Shown piece after piece: positions 29,383-40,196 of a stretch of DNA of 64,000 nt; position 1 is the stretch's first letter, and each line of letters opens with the position of its first letter. The DNA comes from an uncultured Acidimicrobiaceae bacterium (lineage in GTDB: Bacteria > Actinomycetota > Acidimicrobiia > Acidimicrobiales > RAAP-2): contig CAWGMU010000003.1 in the NCBI GenBank assembly GCA_963823815.1, positions 326,442 to 390,441 of the forward strand. Direction: 5' to 3'. Made by a program: the position numbers and the translations under genes. Below the pieces are notes generated by a model that did no database searches, had not been told where the DNA came from, and saw only the letters and a list, made by a program, of their open reading frames with translations.

Positions 29383-30154
29383 ATGGACAATCTCAATGGC
29401 AAGCGAGCGCTCGTCACCGGTGCCTCGAGCGGCATTGGTCAGGCGATCGCCGTCAAGCTCGCGAGTGAGGGCGCGGACGTCGCGGTGGGTGGACGCGACG
29501 TCACCCGCGTCGCCGAGACGTGTCGCCAGATCGACGAGAGCGGCGGCCGCTCCGTTGCGGTCGTGGGCGACGTGTCCAACGCCGACGAGGCGGAGCGCGT
29601 CGTGAGCGAGACGGTCGCGGCGTTGGGCGGTCTCGACATCGTCGTCAACAACGCGGGCATCGACGCCAACGAGTGGCACGACGTCGCCGACTGGCCGATA
29701 GACGCCTTCGACGAGATCATGGCCGTCAACACGCGCGGGCCGTTTCTCATCTCCAAGTTCTCGATACCTCACCTCCTCGCGGCCGGTGGCGGCTCGATGC
29801 TCCACATCAGTTCGGTCTGCGCGGTGACGGTGTGGGCCGGCGACTGCGCGTACGACGTCTCGAAGGCCGCGCTCAACATGCTCTCGGACCACATCGCCGT
29901 CGAGTACGGGTCGCGAGGAATCATCTCCAACACCTTGATGCCCGGGGTCGTGCGCACCGCGCTCCACGAAGGCGTGATGGAGGGCATGAACGACGGGCGG
30001 GCCTTCGAAAGGGTGCTGCTCTCGCGCCATCCGATCGGGCGCTTCGGCACGGTCGAGGAGATTGCCGAGAGTGCGGCGTTCCTCTGCAGCGGCGTCGCAC
30101 CGTTCATGACGGGTGCGAACATACTTGATCGACGGGGCCTACAGTCGGGTCTGA
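29383..30154 (+). CDS. SDR oxidoreductase with an apparent +1 frameshift near 30126 in its last codons
   Basis: TGASSGIG, NNAG and YDVSK. Removing one base restores the SDR-typical end TGANILIDGAYSRV* (stop at 30152-30154). Confidence 0.85.
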
Positions 30155-30212
30155 CGTCACGACGAGCGACGTTCTGGTCGCGCTGACGTCGCGCAGAGGG
30201 GGTGACACGCCA

Positions 30213-31026
30213 TTGACGAATGAGCTTCGCGTCGCCGCGGTGCAGATGACCTCGGGCGCGAACGTGTCGGCAAACGTCGAGCGAGCGATCGAACTGATCT
30301 CAGCTGCCGCGAGCGACGGGGCCACGTACGTCCAGTTGCCCGAGCTCTTCAACTACCTCGGTCCGCCCGAGGGCTATCAGTTCGTTGCCGAACCGATACC
30401 TGGTCCCACGACCAAGCACTTCGGTGCGCTCGCGAAGGAACTCGGCATCACGCTGCATCTCGGGAGCATGCTCGAGACGTCGCCGGTCTCGGAACGGTGC
30501 TTCAACACGAGTGTCGTGCTAACCCTTCTGGCGAGATTGCCGCAACCTATCGCAAGATCCATCTCTTTGACATCGACGTGCCCGGTGAAGTTTTCTTCGA
30601 AGAGTCCGCCACCGTCGCCCCCGGAGATCAGGCGGTGGTGTTCAGCGACCGTGAGGTGGCGATCGGACTGACGTCTGCTTCGATCTGCGCTTCCCGGAGC
30701 TCTTCCGCGCACTGGCGACGCGTGGCGCGACGATTTTGGCCGTCCCGTCTGCCTTCAACGCGGTGACGGGAGCAGCCCATTGGGACGTCCTGGTTCGTGC
30801 TCGGGCGATCGAGAACCACGCCTTCGTCGTCGCCGCGGCCCAGGCGGGCGCGACCGCCGAGGGCATCGCGACCTACGGACACTCGATCGTTGTTGGTCCG
30901 TGGGGTGAGACGCTCGCCGAGTCCAAAGCCGCGGGCGAAGACGTTCTGATCGTGACGCTCGACCTGAGCGACGTCACGCGGCGACGCTCCCAGATCAACG
31001 TCTTGGGTCTCCGTCGACCCACGTGA
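30213..31026 (+). pseudogene. Carbon-nitrogen hydrolase (Nit1/amidase-like) with two frameshifts (about 30520 and 30673). May be intact in vivo.
   Basis: The triad motifs LPE, YRKIHLFD and CFDLRFPE, plus HW..L.RARAIEN and YGHS, are spread over three reading frames. Confidence 0.8.
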
Positions 31027-31137
31027 CCGGTCCATAGGTTCATTGAGTTTCCGCCACAAAGGAACGGAGATCGAGTCGGATCGGCACGCAACGAGTGGTA
31101 GGTGTACCGTCCGATTGTCGGGAAAGTTGTTCCTGAC

Positions 31138-31214
31138 GCGGAAGCGACGCGTTGACGCACGGGCTCCATTTGGTCGCCACACGGCCCGCGACGAGCTAAT
31201 GGCGAAACCGACGC
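31138..31214 (+). ncRNA. Probable c-di-GMP-II-class riboswitch aptamer
   Basis: The 3' segment GAG-CU-AAU-GGCGA-AA-CC-GA parallels class II GAG-YU-AGU-AGUGC-AA-CC-GA. Loop GG-UCGCC (31172-31178) keeps the pseudoknot pairing. P3 is CGGGC/GCCCG with UGA...GAG kink-turn-like flanks. P1 is short and uncertain. Confidence 0.62.
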
Positions 31215-31237
31215 CTCCCTACAGAAGTTGGAGGGTA

Positions 31238-31912
31238 ATGATGAAGAGAGCACCGTTGTTCAGGGGCCGAATCAGGCGATTCTCGGCCGTTTCGGCGGCC
31301 GCGGCGCTGGTTGGTTCGGTAGCGCTGGTAGGCGTTGCAAGCACAGCCGGGGCTTCGGTCGCCCGCAACGAGATAATCACGTACACGTATTCCTCCGTGG
31401 CGTACAGCTACTCCTATCCCACTTACTACGAGACGAATGATGTGATCACCATCAATCCTTGCGACGGAACCTTTACCGGGACCGCGGTCAACTCGGTTTG
31501 GGGAGATACGGTCATCCAGGGATATTCGACCAGTGAGAACACGGCAACGTTCACGGACAGCTAGACGGTTTTCGCGCAGACGAACTACGTCAAGACGGTC
31601 AATATCACCCTCAATCCAGACGGCTCGTTCACCGGGACGTGGTCCGACAATCTCTTGCCCATTTACGGGGGGCCGCTGTCGGGAACAGTGGTCGCCGGCG
31701 CGCCAACGGTGACGTACTCGACGTACGCGAACCACGGCCAGTACGTCTCATCGATGGGTGGAGGCAGTGATGCCGCCCACTCCTGCATCGGAATGCCGAT
31801 CCAGAGCAGCAGTCGTCCAACAACGCGCAGTCCCTCTCGCTGGTCAAGTCGTCGCGCTTGGCGGGCGAGGGGGACTGACCTTTCCTCCAGCGCTCCTCGC
31901 AACGAGGCATGA
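31238..31912 (+). CDS. Hypothetical secreted Thr/Tyr/Ser-rich protein interrupted by an in-frame TAG (31562-31564). 3' end uncertain.
   Basis: GGAGG RBS and a signal peptide ending AGA. ORFs 31043-31564 and 31655-31912 share a frame with coherent sequence across the TAG. Internal repeat ITINPCDGTFTGT / ITLNPDGSFTGT. Confidence 0.65.
31828..31884 (+). terminator. Intrinsic terminator-like hairpin between convergent genes
   Basis: CAGTCCCTCTCGC (31828-31840) pairs with GCGAGGGGGACTG (31865-31877), followed by ACCTTT. Confidence 0.55.
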
Positions 31913-32008
31913 GCCACTCGAAGTTCCGAAGCGACATCTCCGACGAGATTGAGCAGCGGTTACAGTCGGCCGCCGTTCAGCCGACGCCTCGGCAGCGGAC
32001 CAGGGGAG

Positions 32009-33187
32009 TCAGCCCGCGCTCGTCGGCTTGAAGCGCAGGGCGGAAGCGAACGCCGCGACGTTGAGCGCGGCGAAGGACGCAATGACAATGGGGACCGCGT
32101 GGATGCTGAAGAGCGAAACCATGAGGCTCTCGGCCCCGGGGCCGATGACGCCGCCCAACATCATGAAGAGGATGATCATCGCCAGTCCGTCGCCGTCGTG
32201 GGGGCAGAGCACCGTGTACCACACGAGGCCCATCGGGTAGACCGACGCGAGCACGAGACCCATGATCGGGTAGGCGTACGGGGCGAGAACGTGCGCGTAC
32301 GCGCCAAGGCTGAGGACGATAGCGAGGGCGAGACCGCCGAGGACGAGGCTCTTGTCCGAGAAGCGCTTGTAGAGTGGCCCGCCCACGGACCGTCCGAGCG
32401 CTAGGCCGAGCCAGAAGGCGCCCGTGACGAGGCTGCCGATCGAGGTCGAGTAGCCCTCACGATGGAGCTGCGCGGCGACCCAGCCCGCGGTGCTCGACTC
32501 GGTCGCCACGTACAAGACGTAGGCCACGATGAACGTCACGAGGATGGGCGTTCGCCGTGCGTGTTGGATCGAACGGGCATGGCGGCGCGTCTCGTGGGTG
32601 AGCGGCGGCGCGATCACGCCACCGTTGAGTGTCGACAGGACTACGGCGATGGCGGCGACGCCCCCAAAGATCACGGGGAAGTTCTTCGGGTCAACGGCGA
32701 TGATGAGTAACGGCCCGACGACGGCGCCCACGCCGTAGCCGGCGTTGGCGAGGCTCAGGCGGTGGGCTCTTCCCAGCACGGCGGTTCGTACCAGCAGCGT
32801 GTTCAAAGTGAAGTCCAGCGCTCCGAAACCAAGTCCGATCACGAAGACGCCGGTCAAGAAGAGTCCCCAATGGGCCGCGAACGCGACGGTCCCGGCGCCG
32901 ACGGCGAGCAGCAACAGCGCGGCACCGATTACCACCTTTCCGGGATAACGCCGCATCGAGATCCACCCGAGTGGGACGCCGAAGAAGGCGCCGACGAAAT
33001 TCACGCTCAAGACGATGCCGGCCTTCGGCAGTGAGAGGTGGAACTTTGTGGAGAACTGGACGAGCAGCGGACCGTAGAGGGAGGCCGTGGCGCCGACGAG
33101 GACCAACATCGAGGTGACGTTGGCAAAGGCGAAACCACGAAGCGTCACCTGCGTCGCGGGTTCCGCCGCTTCGTCGTTGGGCATCAT
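32009..33187 (-). CDS. MFS sugar permease (GlcP/FucP-like)
   Basis: About 12 TM segments with GVGAVVGP, YVATES...W and FWLGLALGR. Last gene of the iol operon. Confidence 0.85.
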   Translation of the reverse strand: MMPNDEAAEPATQVTLRGFAFANVTSMLVLVGATASLYGPLLVQFSTKFHLSLPKAGIVLSVNFVGAFFGVPLGWISMRRYPGKVVIGAALLLLAVGAGTVAFAAHWGLFLTGVFVIGLGFGALDFTLNTLLVRTAVLGRAHRLSLANAGYGVGAVVGPLLIIAVDPKNFPVIFGGVAAIAVVLSTLNGGVIAPPLTHETRRHARSIQHARRTPILVTFIVAYVLYVATESSTAGWVAAQLHREGYSTSIGSLVTGAFWLGLALGRSVGGPLYKRFSDKSLVLGGLALAIVLSLGAYAHVLAPYAYPIMGLVLASVYPMGLVWYTVLCPHDGDGLAMIILFMMLGGVIGPGAESLMVSLFSIHAVPIVIASFAALNVAAFASALRFKPTSAG

Positions 33188-33257
33188 GAGTCGGTCGTCC
33201 CCGGTGAAGAGTGGCGAAGGAGCATCGCGTTCCGCAGTTCGTGAGCGTCGATCGCGC

Positions 33258-35153
33258 TCACGACGGCGTGTCGGGTTTTCCGTCTCGAAGCGTCGTTGGT
33301 CGAAGGTAGCCACGTTGGCGACCGCGGGCCGCCTCGTAGTTCCCCCGCGCACTTCGCGTCGTCGCGCGTTCGCTGACCTCTGCGACTGGAACGTCCCACC
33401 ACGACTCGGAGTCGGGCGCTGGGATCAGAGGATCCGTCTCGACGTGCACGACGGTCGTGACGGTGTTGGACCGCGCCTGGACGAGCGCGTCACGCAACTC
33501 GGCGATCGTGCGCGCGCGAAGCACCGCCACGCCGTAGCTCTCGGCGTTGGCCGCGAGATCGACGGGTAATGGTGCACCGGCGAGTTGTCCCGACGCGTCG
33601 CGATAGCGGTACTGGGTGCCAAAGCGCTCGACCCCGACCGACTCCGAGAGCGCGCCGATCGACTGAAAGCCGTGATTCACGACGAGCACCACGATGATCT
33701 TGATCCCCTCGGCGACGGCCGTGGCGAGCTCGCTGCTCAGCATGAGATACGAACCGTCGCCGACGAGCACGTAGACCTCGCGGTCGGGTGCGGCCATCTT
33801 GACGCCGATGCCGGCGGCGATCTCGTAGCCCATCGTGCTATACGCGTACTCCACGTGGTAGCCCTTGGGGTCGCGGGTCCGCCACAGCTTGTGCAGGTCG
33901 CCGGGCAGGCTCCCGGCCGCCGCGACCACGACGTCGCGGGTAGTTGACGACTCCTCCACCGCGCCGATCACCTCGGCCTGACCGGGCAGCGGCTCGTGCA
34001 CGGTCTGGTACGCCTCCTCGACGATCGCGTTCCAGCGCTCGGCGTCGGCCCGGTAGTTGCCTTCGTACTCGGCGCTGACGCGCCAGCCCTCGAGTCGTTC
34101 GGTTAGCGCCTCGAGGGCCTCGCGGGCGTCGGCAACGATCGCGACTCCAGAGAGCTTCGCGGCGTCGAACGCGGCGACGTTGATGTTGACGAAGGCAACG
34201 TCGTCCGCCTGGAACGCGGAAAACGACGCCGTCGTGAAGTCGCTCCACCGCGTGCCGACACCGATGACGAGGTCGGCGTCGTGCGCGGCCTTGTTGGCGG
34301 CCGTCGTCCCCGTGGCGCCGATCCCGCCGAGCGACGACGAGTGGTCAAAGGAGAGCGATCCCTTGCCCGCCTGGGTCTCGGCGACCGGCACGCCCGTCGC
34401 GTCGGCGAGTCGTCGCAGCGCGTCCGTCGCCTCGGCGTAGAGCACGCCGCCGCCGGCGACGATGAGCGGACGCTTCGACGAGCGAACGCGTTGCGCCAGT
34501 GCGTTGATCTGTTGCGCCTCAGGCGGCGGACGCCGGACCCGCCAGACGCGCGGAACCAGCAGATCGTCGGGCACGTCGAAGGCCTCGACCTGCACGTCCT
34601 CCGGTAGAGCGAGCGTCACGGCTCCAGTCTCGGCGGGGTCGGTCAGGACTCTCGTCGCGTGCAGCAGCGCCTGAGCCAGCTGCTCGGGTCGCCAGACGCG
34701 GTCGAAGTAGCGCGACACGGGTCGCAGGCAGTCGTTCACCGAGACGTCGAGCGACGCCGGGTCCTCGAGCTCCTGCAAGACCGGGTTGGCGCGACGCGTG
34801 GCGAAGACGTCGCTCGGCAGCAACAGCACGGGCAGGCGGTTGGTGGTCGCGACGGCGGCGCCGGTCACGAGGTTGGTCGCGCCGGGACCAACTGAGGTCG
34901 TGCACGCGAACGCTTGAAGCCGATTCGCCATGCGCGCGTAGCCGACCGACGTGTGCACCATGGCCTGCTCGTTGCGCGCGAGGTAGTAGCGAAGGTCGCC
35001 GTCGTACTCGAGGAGCGCCTGACCGACGCCGGCCACGTTGCCGTGGCCGAAGATGCCAAAGCAGCCGGCGAAGAATCGCTGCTGCACGCCGTCGCGCTCG
35101 ACGTACTGGACTGAGAGGAAGCGCACCAGTGCCTGGGCGACGGTGAGCCTCAC
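33258..35153 (-). CDS. iolD: 3D-(3,5/4)-trihydroxycyclohexane-1,2-dione hydrolase IolD
   Basis: RLTVAQAL, IFGHGNVAG, RNEQAM, GSLPGDLHKLW, YHVEY.YS.MGYE, GDGSYLM and SWWDVP. Confidence 0.96.
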   Translation of the reverse strand: MRLTVAQALVRFLSVQYVERDGVQQRFFAGCFGIFGHGNVAGVGQALLEYDGDLRYYLARNEQAMVHTSVGYARMANRLQAFACTTSVGPGATNLVTGAAVATTNRLPVLLLPSDVFATRRANPVLQELEDPASLDVSVNDCLRPVSRYFDRVWRPEQLAQALLHATRVLTDPAETGAVTLALPEDVQVEAFDVPDDLLVPRVWRVRRPPPEAQQINALAQRVRSSKRPLIVAGGGVLYAEATDALRRLADATGVPVAETQAGKGSLSFDHSSSLGGIGATGTTAANKAAHDADLVIGVGTRWSDFTTASFSAFQADDVAFVNINVAAFDAAKLSGVAIVADAREALEALTERLEGWRVSAEYEGNYRADAERWNAIVEEAYQTVHEPLPGQAEVIGAVEESSTTRDVVVAAAGSLPGDLHKLWRTRDPKGYHVEYAYSTMGYEIAAGIGVKMAAPDREVYVLVGDGSYLMLSSELATAVAEGIKIIVVLVVNHGFQSIGALSESVGVERFGTQYRYRDASGQLAGAPLPVDLAANAESYGVAVLRARTIAELRDALVQARSNTVTTVVHVETDPLIPAPDSESWWDVPVAEVSERATTRSARGNYEAARGRQRGYLRPTTLRDGKPDTPS

Positions 35154-36037
35154 GTGGTCGCGTTCGCCGACGTCATCGGGAGCCTCGGGTCGACGTCCTG
35201 CTCGTGCCAGGAGTCGCGTATCCAGGCGTGGGAGGGATCGTCACAGAAACTCATGGTACGAGGCGACGCCGGTCCGGCGAGAACGTTCAAGAAGTAGAGG
35301 TCGTAGCCCGGGGCCGCCATCGTCGGGCCGTGGTAGCCGTGGGGGATGAGGATCGCGTCGCCCGTCGAGACCTCTTCGAGCACGTCGATCGGACGGGCGG
35401 GGTCGGTGCTGTAGACGCGCTGGTAGCCGCCGGGACCGGGCGCGCCGATCGTCGAGCCCCGGACCTCGAAGTAGTAGATCTCCTCCAAGACCGCCTCGCC
35501 GGGGCGTTCCTCGTCGTGCTTGTGGGGCGGGTACGACGACCAGTTGCCCCCGGGCGTGAGGACCTCAACGGCGATGAGCCGGTCCGTCTCGAAGGCGCCG
35601 GGCGCGGCGAAGTTGTTGAGCTGGCGACTGGCACCGCCCGCGCCGCGTAGCTCGACCGGCACGTTCTCGGCGGGACCGTAACGCACCGGCAGCACGGCGT
35701 CGGCCCGAGCGCCCGTGAGCGCGAAGCGTCCACCGCGTTCGCTCGTGATCGTGACCACGGCGTCACGCGGCACGTAGCAGAAGTCGCTCACGCGTGAGAA
35801 CACGCTGGCGCGGCCCTCGAGCGTGACGGTCGCGTCGCCACAGGAGGTGACGCAACTTCCCTCGAGGGGGAGCACGATCCACTCGAAGTCGCCCGTCTCG
35901 AAGGTGACGCTGTCGGAAGGACCGAGCAACAGGGTCCGCAGCGCGCTGTACGTCCAGCCGGCGTTCCCGGGCTCGATGGAGAGCATCCACCCGTTCTCGT
36001 CCGGCGAGGGTGCCGGCCGGTAGAGCGGAACGGTCAT
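35150..36037 (-). CDS. iolB: 5-deoxy-glucuronate isomerase IolB
   Basis: EVLTPGGNWSSYPPHKHD, LEEIYY, GYHGP and YFLNV.AGP. Confidence 0.95.
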   Translation of the reverse strand: MTVPLYRPAPSPDENGWMLSIEPGNAGWTYSALRTLLLGPSDSVTFETGDFEWIVLPLEGSCVTSCGDATVTLEGRASVFSRVSDFCYVPRDAVVTITSERGGRFALTGARADAVLPVRYGPAENVPVELRGAGGASRQLNNFAAPGAFETDRLIAVEVLTPGGNWSSYPPHKHDEERPGEAVLEEIYYFEVRGSTIGAPGPGGYQRVYSTDPARPIDVLEEVSTGDAILIPHGYHGPTMAAPGYDLYFLNVLAGPASPRTMSFCDDPSHAWIRDSWHEQDVDPRLPMTSANATT

Positions 36038-36915
36038 AACAAGCTGAGGGCGGTCTTCACCGCCGAGGTCACGTCGTCGTCGTGCGGGTAGAGCAAGTTG
36101 CGCCCGATGACGAGGCCGCGGACGCCCGGCAGTCGCAGGGCCTTCTCCCAACGCGCGAACATCTCCTCGGGTTCGTCACTTCGCTCCCCGCCGAGCAGCA
36201 CGATCGGGAGTGTCGTCGCTTCGACGACGTCCTCCATGCGGTCGACGACGGGCACCTTCAGCCACGTGTACGCCGACGTCGCCCCGAGGGCGCTCGCGAT
36301 CGCCATCGAACGGATGACCGCGTCGTGCGTGAGCACGTTCCGCTGGCGTCCGTCGACGCTCTGGGTCATGAACGGCTCGACCATCGCGAGATGCTTCGTT
36401 GCGGCGAGCGCCGTGACGGCGTCCGCGCACGCCGCGAGCGTCGACGCGGTTGACGGGTCGTCGACGTTGATGCGTAGAAGCATCTTGCCCCCGTCGAGCT
36501 TCGACTCGACGATGGACTGCGGGGTGTAGCCGGTGAAGCGATCGTCCATCTCGAAGATGGAGCCGGGCAGCCCACCACGGTTCATCGACCCAAAGACGAC
36601 CTTGTCGTCGAGCGCGCCGAGGATCAAGAGATCTTCGATGACGTCCGGCGTGCCGAGCACGCCGTGCACCCCAGGGACCTCCAGCGCCGCCGTCAGCCGG
36701 TCGAGGAGGTCGTAGCGATTACGCATCGCGGTCGCGTTCCCGCCGACGCTGAGGATGCCGCGCGCGGTGTGGTCCGCCGCGAGGATGAGCAGGCGTTCGC
36801 CGCTCGAGAGGGCGTCACCCCGTCGACGATTCGCCGCGAGCGTCGCGATCGTGCCAGGCGCGCGGAATCTCGTCTCCATCAGCAGGTTCTGGTCTTCGTT
36901 ACGCACCCCCGGCAC
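36034..36915 (-). CDS. TIM-barrel aldolase of actinobacterial iol clusters (Cgl0159-like)
   Basis: AADH.ARG, GSMNRGGL, FEMDDRFTG, GGKMLLRI and TSAYTWLK. Located between iolC and iolB. Confidence 0.82.
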   Translation of the reverse strand: MPGVRNEDQNLLMETRFRAPGTIATLAANRRRGDALSSGERLLILAADHTARGILSVGGNATAMRNRYDLLDRLTAALEVPGVHGVLGTPDVIEDLLILGALDDKVVFGSMNRGGLPGSIFEMDDRFTGYTPQSIVESKLDGGKMLLRINVDDPSTASTLAACADAVTALAATKHLAMVEPFMTQSVDGRQRNVLTHDAVIRSMAIASALGATSAYTWLKVPVVDRMEDVVEATTLPIVLLGGERSDEPEEMFARWEKALRLPGVRGLVIGRNLLYPHDDDVTSAVKTALSLL

Positions 36916-37847
36916 CCTCCATTAGGTCTTCGATCTCCTGACGCGTCGGCATCGCGTCGGAGCACGCCAGACGAGAGGCGACGATCGCCCCGGCCGCGTT
37001 GGCGAAGCGCACCGTGTCGGCCAGTTCCCATCCGGCGAGTACGCCGTGACAGAACGCACCGCCGAATCCGTCACCCGCGCCGAGACCGTTGACGACCTCA
37101 ACGGAAAACGGCGGCACGAGGACCCGAACGTCGTGCGTCTTCGCGAGCACGCCTTCGGGGCCGAGCTTGATGACCGCGAGATCGGGACCCATCGCGAGCA
37201 GCCGGTCCGCCGCCTCGTCAGGGTCAGTCGCGTCGACCGCCATCGCGGCCTCCTCGAGGTTGCCCACGGCGATCGTGACGAGAGCAAGCGCCTCCGCGCG
37301 TCGCGGCGCGGGCGTCCTTCATCGACGTCCAGAACGTGGGTCGATAGTCGAGGTCGAGCACCGCCGGGAGATCGTGGCGTGCCGTAAAGGCTTTGAGCGT
37401 CGCCGTGCGACTCGGTTCGACAGAGAGGCCGCTCACCGTGGCCCAGAAGAGCCGCGCCGCAGTGATCGCGTCGAGGTCGAGCTCGTCCTCGTAGATCTCG
37501 AGGTCGGGTGCCTTCGGTGCTCGATAGAAGTAGATGGGAAAATTGTTGGGAGGAAAGATCTCACAGAACGTGACCGGCGTCGGCAGTCCCTCGACGTCAC
37601 TGACGAAGCGATCGTCGACGCCGTAACGTCTTAGGGCGACGTGCACGAACTGGCCGAAGGGATCGTGCCCCGTGCGCGTGATCACGGCCGAGCGATCGCC
37701 AAGTCGAGCCGCCGCCACCGCGACGTTGGTCGGACTCCCCCCGAGGAACTTCTCGAAGTACTGAACGTCGACCAGGCTTCCTGGTTGGGTGGGGTAGAGG
37801 TCCACGCCGACACGACCCATCGTGACGAGGTCGAATGGCTCGCTCAT
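36899..37847 (-). CDS. iolC: 5-dehydro-2-deoxygluconokinase IolC, split by a +1 frameshift near 37294
   Basis: N-part has GRVGVDLYP, GGSPTNVAVAAARLG and DLDYRP. C-part, in another frame, has GN.EE, KLGPEG and NGLGAGDGF. Confidence 0.9.
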
Positions 37848-37916
37848 GGCGGCGACGCGCTCTCTGCTCTCAGCCACGGTGCGCGTGATGAACGTTTCGG
37901 ACGCGGGGCTAAGCGC

Positions 37917-37932
37917 ATATGTCCTAACAATA
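37917..37932. promoter_or_regulatory. Candidate GntR (IolR) operator
   Basis: ATGTCCTAACAA (TGT-N4-ACA, GntR/HutC-like) in the divergent iolC/GntR intergenic region. Confidence 0.55.
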
Positions 37933-37984
37933 GCAGTAGCGACCTCAATTTCGTATAGGCTCAGCCGCAAGGTCGCGACGGAGG

Positions 37985-38779
37985 ATGACGATGGCTCGAC
38001 AGATGGTGCCGGCGTACAATCCGCTCGAGACCATCGTGCTCGACCGCAACAGTCCGGTGCCGCTGTACTTCCAACTGGCCCAACACTTCGAGAACGAGAT
38101 CCATTCCGGCAGCCTCAACTCCGGCGACCGCTTGGAGAACGAAGTCAAGATCGCCGAAGAGCTCGGTCTCTCGAGGCCCACGGTTCGTGCCGCCTTCCGC
38201 TACCTCGTCGACAAGGACCTGGTGCGTCGCCAGCGTGGTCAGGGCACCGTCGTGACCAAAGAAAAGGTGAACCGCAACGTCCGCCTGACGAGTCTCTTCG
38301 ACGACCTCGCCGTCGCGGGAAAGAAACCCACCACCAAGGTGCTCCACAACGAGGTGGTGCGTGCATCGGACCTGGTCAAGGGTGCGTTAGGGCTTGCCGA
38401 TGAACAGTTCGTCATCTACCTCGAGCGGCTTCGTTTCGGCGACGGCGAACCAATCGCCCTGATGCACAACTTCATTCCGACGTCGCTCGTGACCATGAGT
38501 AGCGAGATGCTCGAGGATCACGGTCTCTACGAGCTCCTGCGCGCTAGCGGCGTCTTTCCTCATCACGCGACCCAGCGCATCTCGGCGAAGAACGCCTCGA
38601 CGGTCGAAGCTCGCTTGCTGAACGAGACCAAGGGAACGGCGCTCGTCACGATGGAACGAACCACGTTCGACGAGCGCGGTCGAGCAATTGAATTCGCCCA
38701 ACACGTCTATCGGGCCTCACGGTACACGCTGCTCACGGCCGTCGCGATCGACGACTTTGCGGCGGAACGGGCTATGTAA
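37985..38779 (+). CDS. GntR-family (HutC/UTRA) regulator of the iol cluster
   Basis: SPVPLYFQL, LSRPTVR and GQGT, plus a UTRA domain. Divergent from iolC. Confidence 0.92.
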   Translation: MTMARQMVPAYNPLETIVLDRNSPVPLYFQLAQHFENEIHSGSLNSGDRLENEVKIAEELGLSRPTVRAAFRYLVDKDLVRRQRGQGTVVTKEKVNRNVRLTSLFDDLAVAGKKPTTKVLHNEVVRASDLVKGALGLADEQFVIYLERLRFGDGEPIALMHNFIPTSLVTMSSEMLEDHGLYELLRASGVFPHHATQRISAKNASTVEARLLNETKGTALVTMERTTFDERGRAIEFAQHVYRASRYTLLTAVAIDDFAAERAM

Positions 38780-38798
38780 TGTCAATTGATAGCAGTTG

Positions 38799-38827
38799 TT
38801 GACATAAAGGGGGATGTACGTTACAGT
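38799..38827 (+). promoter_or_regulatory. Sigma70-type promoter for the inositol ABC/dehydrogenase operon
   Basis: TTGACA (38799)-N17-TACAGT (38822), overlapped by TGT...ACA half-sites. Confidence 0.68.
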
Positions 38828-38998
38828 CGCTCGCAGCACGGTCACCGAGGGGGTGTCCAGAGGTAGGCGTGTCGCGCCCCATGGCTAGTTCCGCGTGGGC
38901 GGCGGGCCGGTAGGAGGGGACGTGGGGGAGCGAATCGTTTCGACCGTTCTTCCCGCGTCGTTGCGACGGCGTCGAACGGCGCGAAGGGGCGTTCGCGC

Positions 38999-40135
<1,137 letters not shown>

Positions 40136-40196
40136 GGGGCCACGCGAACGTTCGTTTCAAGGAAGTTTAAAAAGTAAATCCAACTAGGGGGAGTAA

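Noticed and set aside
31562-31564. In-frame TAG as pyrrolysine recoding, tempting because an MttB gene is in the window
   Set aside because: No pyl genes are visible, TAG is a normal stop for many genes here, the protein is not a methyltransferase, and the site lies in a zone with several other lesions.
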